Assembly (NCBI GenBank): GCA_963977445.1
Contig: CAXBPH010000106.1
Location: forward strand, 1-21,128
Direction: 5' to 3'
Length of the DNA: 21,128 nt
From: an uncultured bacterium
GTDB taxonomy: Bacteria; Hydrogenedentota; Hydrogenedentia; Hydrogenedentales; JAEUWI01
Of this stretch, positions 18,916 to 21,128 are shown in pieces. The notes below the pieces were generated by a model. That model saw only the letters and a program-made list of their open reading frames with translations, searched no databases and was not told the DNA's origin. Positions within the stretch are counted from its first letter, which is position 1. The number at the start of each line of letters is the position of its first letter. The position numbers and the translations under genes were made by a program.

Positions 18916-19143
18916 ATGGTAGACATGGCACGTGTGTGGCCCATCTTGTGCCAATTTGGCATTGGTGGCCTCCTTTGTATGGTTGGCATATGGGCGGGTT
19001 TGTCCAGTGGTTATCTTGACTTGAAATTACGTGAAGATCGCCGCCTGTTGTCCGTAATCATTGGTGGCTACGTGGGACTCCTTGTCCTATCGTGTATTTT
19101 CACCTTCTGGCTGCCCTTCGTCGGTGGAGGCGTCAAGCCATGA
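18916..19143 (+). CDS. Small two-TM membrane protein, probable accessory subunit of the downstream symporter
   Basis: Two hydrophobic segments separated by a charged loop (DLKLREDRR). Its stop overlaps the symporter ATG (ATGA 19140-19143). Start may be 18925. Confidence 0.75.
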   Translation: MVDMARVWPILCQFGIGGLLCMVGIWAGLSSGYLDLKLREDRRLLSVIIGGYVGLLVLSCIFTFWLPFVGGGVKP

Positions 19144-20960
19144 TTGGAACTCCCCTCGATCTCGCCGTGATGGTCATCTACTTTGTCGCCGTCGTCGGCT
19201 TCGGCGTCTATTTCGGCAAGTACAGCAACACGACCAAAGACTTTTACTTCGGCGGACAGCGCTTTGCCTGGTGGGTCATTGCCTTTTCGGCCACGGCCAC
19301 GACCGTCGGCAGTTACAGCTTCGTCAAGTACAGCGCCGCCGGGTACAACTATGGCATCAGCAGTGTTCAGTCCTATATGAACGACTGGTTCTGGATCCCT
19401 ATCCTCCTGCTCATCTGGTTGCCCATCATCTACTATCAGCGGGTACAGTCGGTTCCGGAATACTTTGAACGCCGTTTCAGCCGAACCACCCGTATGGTCG
19501 CGACCGTCTTTATCTTGATTTATCTCGTGGGCTACGTGGGCATCAATCTGCTCACGCTGGGGCAGGCCCTGGAGACGATGCTCGGCTGGAGCGTGCTTTC
19601 GGGCGCGGCGGTCGCCTGTATCGCCGTCACCTTCTACGTTTTCGCTGGGGGGCAGACCTCCGTCATCATGACCGACCTGGTCCAGGGAATTACCCTGCTC
19701 ATTGTGGGCGTGGGCATTTTCCTCGCTGGTGTAGCCCACTTCGGTGGCTTCGTTGACTGGTGGGCCCTTATGCCCGAGGGACACCGCTACATATTCTCGG
19801 AATTTAACAAGCCCGATAAATTCAGCTTCATCGGCATCTATGGGCAGGATGGTCTGGCCAACACGGGTGCCTTCGTCTTGATGAATCAGGGCATTATCAT
19901 GCGCTTTCTGGCCCTGCGCAGTGTGAAAGATGCCCGGAAGATGTCCGTCTGCTGGATTCTCGTTCTGGCCCCGCTGGCCGCGATCACGGTAAGCGGTGGC
20001 GGCTGGATCGCAAAGGCCCTCGCGGTGAACGGCGAATTGGACACTAACGCCAATGACTCCTTCATTCACGCGGCCCATTTTTTGTGCAGCCCCGGCATCT
20101 TCGGTTTCGTCCTTGCTGCCTTGATGGCGGCACTGATGAGCACAGCCGACACGCTGATTAACGCATCGAGCGCGGTCTTCGTCAATGACATCTATCGGCC
20201 CTATGTGAAGCCAGAAGCGGAAGACAAACACTATCTGAAGATTGCCCGAATCTCGAGTTTGAGTGTGGCCGCTATCGGTCTGATGCTGGTGCCTATCTTT
20301 GACGGGGAAACGGTATACCAGGCCCACGCGAAGTTTACTGCCGCTATCACCCCCCCCATCGTCATGGCGATTTTGCTGGGTATACTCTGGAAGCGGTTCA
20401 ACACACCAGCGGCACTGGCTACCATGGTGGGCGGTGGCTTGCTTGTCTTGCTGTCGACCTACGCGCCTTTCGACGCTATCCTCCTCAAACCCCTGGCCTT
20501 TGGCATGGGACCGGACAGCTATAAATTCATCCGGGCGCTCTTTGGTCTTGTAGCCAGTGGCACCTTGGGAATCGTAGTGGCCCTCGTCACCCGTCCTCAG
20601 CCGCAGGAGTCCCTGGCAGGCCTGGTGACGGGCACCCAGTTGCAGGCCATGGAATACTTTAAGGGAGGGAAACCCAATCGCCGCGAGGGTTCGGTGGTTT
20701 ATCTGCCCGTGCACGCTGACACCACCCTTACGGGCGATGAAACGGTCGTCGTATCCGCCAATCATATGGAGACCCTCGCTGCAGATGAAGGGGATCTGCT
20801 CTATGTGTGCGACCGGCGTTGGTGGCTCGGTGGCCTCCGTAGTTTCCACACCAAGGCGGGCGTTCCGGGTGAAGGGGATGTCTTGCGCATCAGCCCGGAA
20901 GCCATGGCCCGTGGTCATTTTGGTGAGGGTGACGTAGTCTATATTGAGAAGATGTTTTAG
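19140..20960 (+). CDS. Sodium:solute symporter (SSS/SLC5 family) with soluble C-terminal extension
   Basis: DFYFGGQRFAWW, SVPEYFERRF, YVFAGGQTSVIMTDLVQ, and a Na-site-type helix LMAALMSTADT. True start is most likely ATG 19140 rather than 19092. Confidence 0.92.
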   Translation: MIGTPLDLAVMVIYFVAVVGFGVYFGKYSNTTKDFYFGGQRFAWWVIAFSATATTVGSYSFVKYSAAGYNYGISSVQSYMNDWFWIPILLLIWLPIIYYQRVQSVPEYFERRFSRTTRMVATVFILIYLVGYVGINLLTLGQALETMLGWSVLSGAAVACIAVTFYVFAGGQTSVIMTDLVQGITLLIVGVGIFLAGVAHFGGFVDWWALMPEGHRYIFSEFNKPDKFSFIGIYGQDGLANTGAFVLMNQGIIMRFLALRSVKDARKMSVCWILVLAPLAAITVSGGGWIAKALAVNGELDTNANDSFIHAAHFLCSPGIFGFVLAALMAALMSTADTLINASSAVFVNDIYRPYVKPEAEDKHYLKIARISSLSVAAIGLMLVPIFDGETVYQAHAKFTAAITPPIVMAILLGILWKRFNTPAALATMVGGGLLVLLSTYAPFDAILLKPLAFGMGPDSYKFIRALFGLVASGTLGIVVALVTRPQPQESLAGLVTGTQLQAMEYFKGGKPNRREGSVVYLPVHADTTLTGDETVVVSANHMETLAADEGDLLYVCDRRWWLGGLRSFHTKAGVPGEGDVLRISPEAMARGHFGEGDVVYIEKMF

Positions 20961-20975
20961 TGGTCTTGAGGTGTC

Positions 20976-21008
20976 GTTGAAGACCAGGTGGGTTACCTGG
21001 TCTTCAAC
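20976..21008. terminator. Perfect hairpin downstream of the symporter (terminator or REP-like)
   Basis: GTTGAAGACCAGGT (20976-20989) / ACCTGGTCTTCAAC (20995-21008), a 14-bp perfect stem 15 nt after the stop. No U-tract. Confidence 0.6.
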
Positions 21009-21017
21009 CCTAGCTCA

Positions 21018-21053
21018 CACGGGCAAGTCTTGCAGACGTGTCCGTGCCACCCG
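21018..21053. repeat. Second copy of the CACGG.CAAG...TGTCCGTGC.AC palindromic repeat
   Basis: CACGGGCAAGTCT-TGC-AGACGTGTCCGTG-CCAC aligns with CACGGACAAGTTC-TTGC-GAACTTGTCCGTG-CTAC at 8473-8506. Confidence 0.7.
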
Positions 21054-21128
21054 AAATAACTTTCTCAGACTACATAAGCGAAGATAGACCTCGATCCAAT
21101 CCAGTTCGTTAGTTTCAGCAGTGCACGC

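Noticed and set aside
19068..20918. 616-aa antisense ORF opposite the symporter (similarly 4331-5164, 11959-13158, 13560-14990, 15423-16304, 16722-18023)
   Set aside because: Shadow ORFs opposite well-supported genes, expected in GC-rich DNA, with no recognisable motifs.
21066..21128. Possible 3' end of a minus-strand gene entering from the right (…RALLKLTNWIGSRSIFAYVV*)
   Set aside because: Too short to establish frame or identity.
1..21128. CRISPR arrays, tRNA/rRNA genes, transposases, integrases, reverse transcriptases
   Set aside because: No regularly spaced direct repeats, cloverleaf signatures or relevant catalytic motifs were seen.

Overview
A GC-rich bacterial chromosomal window. 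The gene mix and repeat style suggest an environmental lineage such as Ca. Hydrogenedentota or a PVC-like group, but this is inference only. Left part: trkA (5'-truncated) and trkH, a convergent ECF sigma factor, recG, and a HoxN/RcnA-type Ni/Co transporter fused to a long exported domain. Middle: a secreted hypothetical protein and a divergent stand-alone ClpA-like Hsp100 ATPase. Right part: GH140-like and GH123/DUF4091-like glycosidases, a YfhO-like membrane protein, and, divergently, a small 2-TM protein coupled to a sodium:solute symporter with a duplicated C-terminal motif. The best candidate for something undescribed is a ~125-nt structured RNA (minus strand, ~3035-2910) between a near-consensus sigma70 promoter and the ECF sigma gene, which has no adjacent anti-sigma. 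It can fold either as a three-way junction or as a mutually exclusive terminator-like stem. No rRNA, tRNA, CRISPR array or transposase was seen. All calls were made by eye, without database searches.
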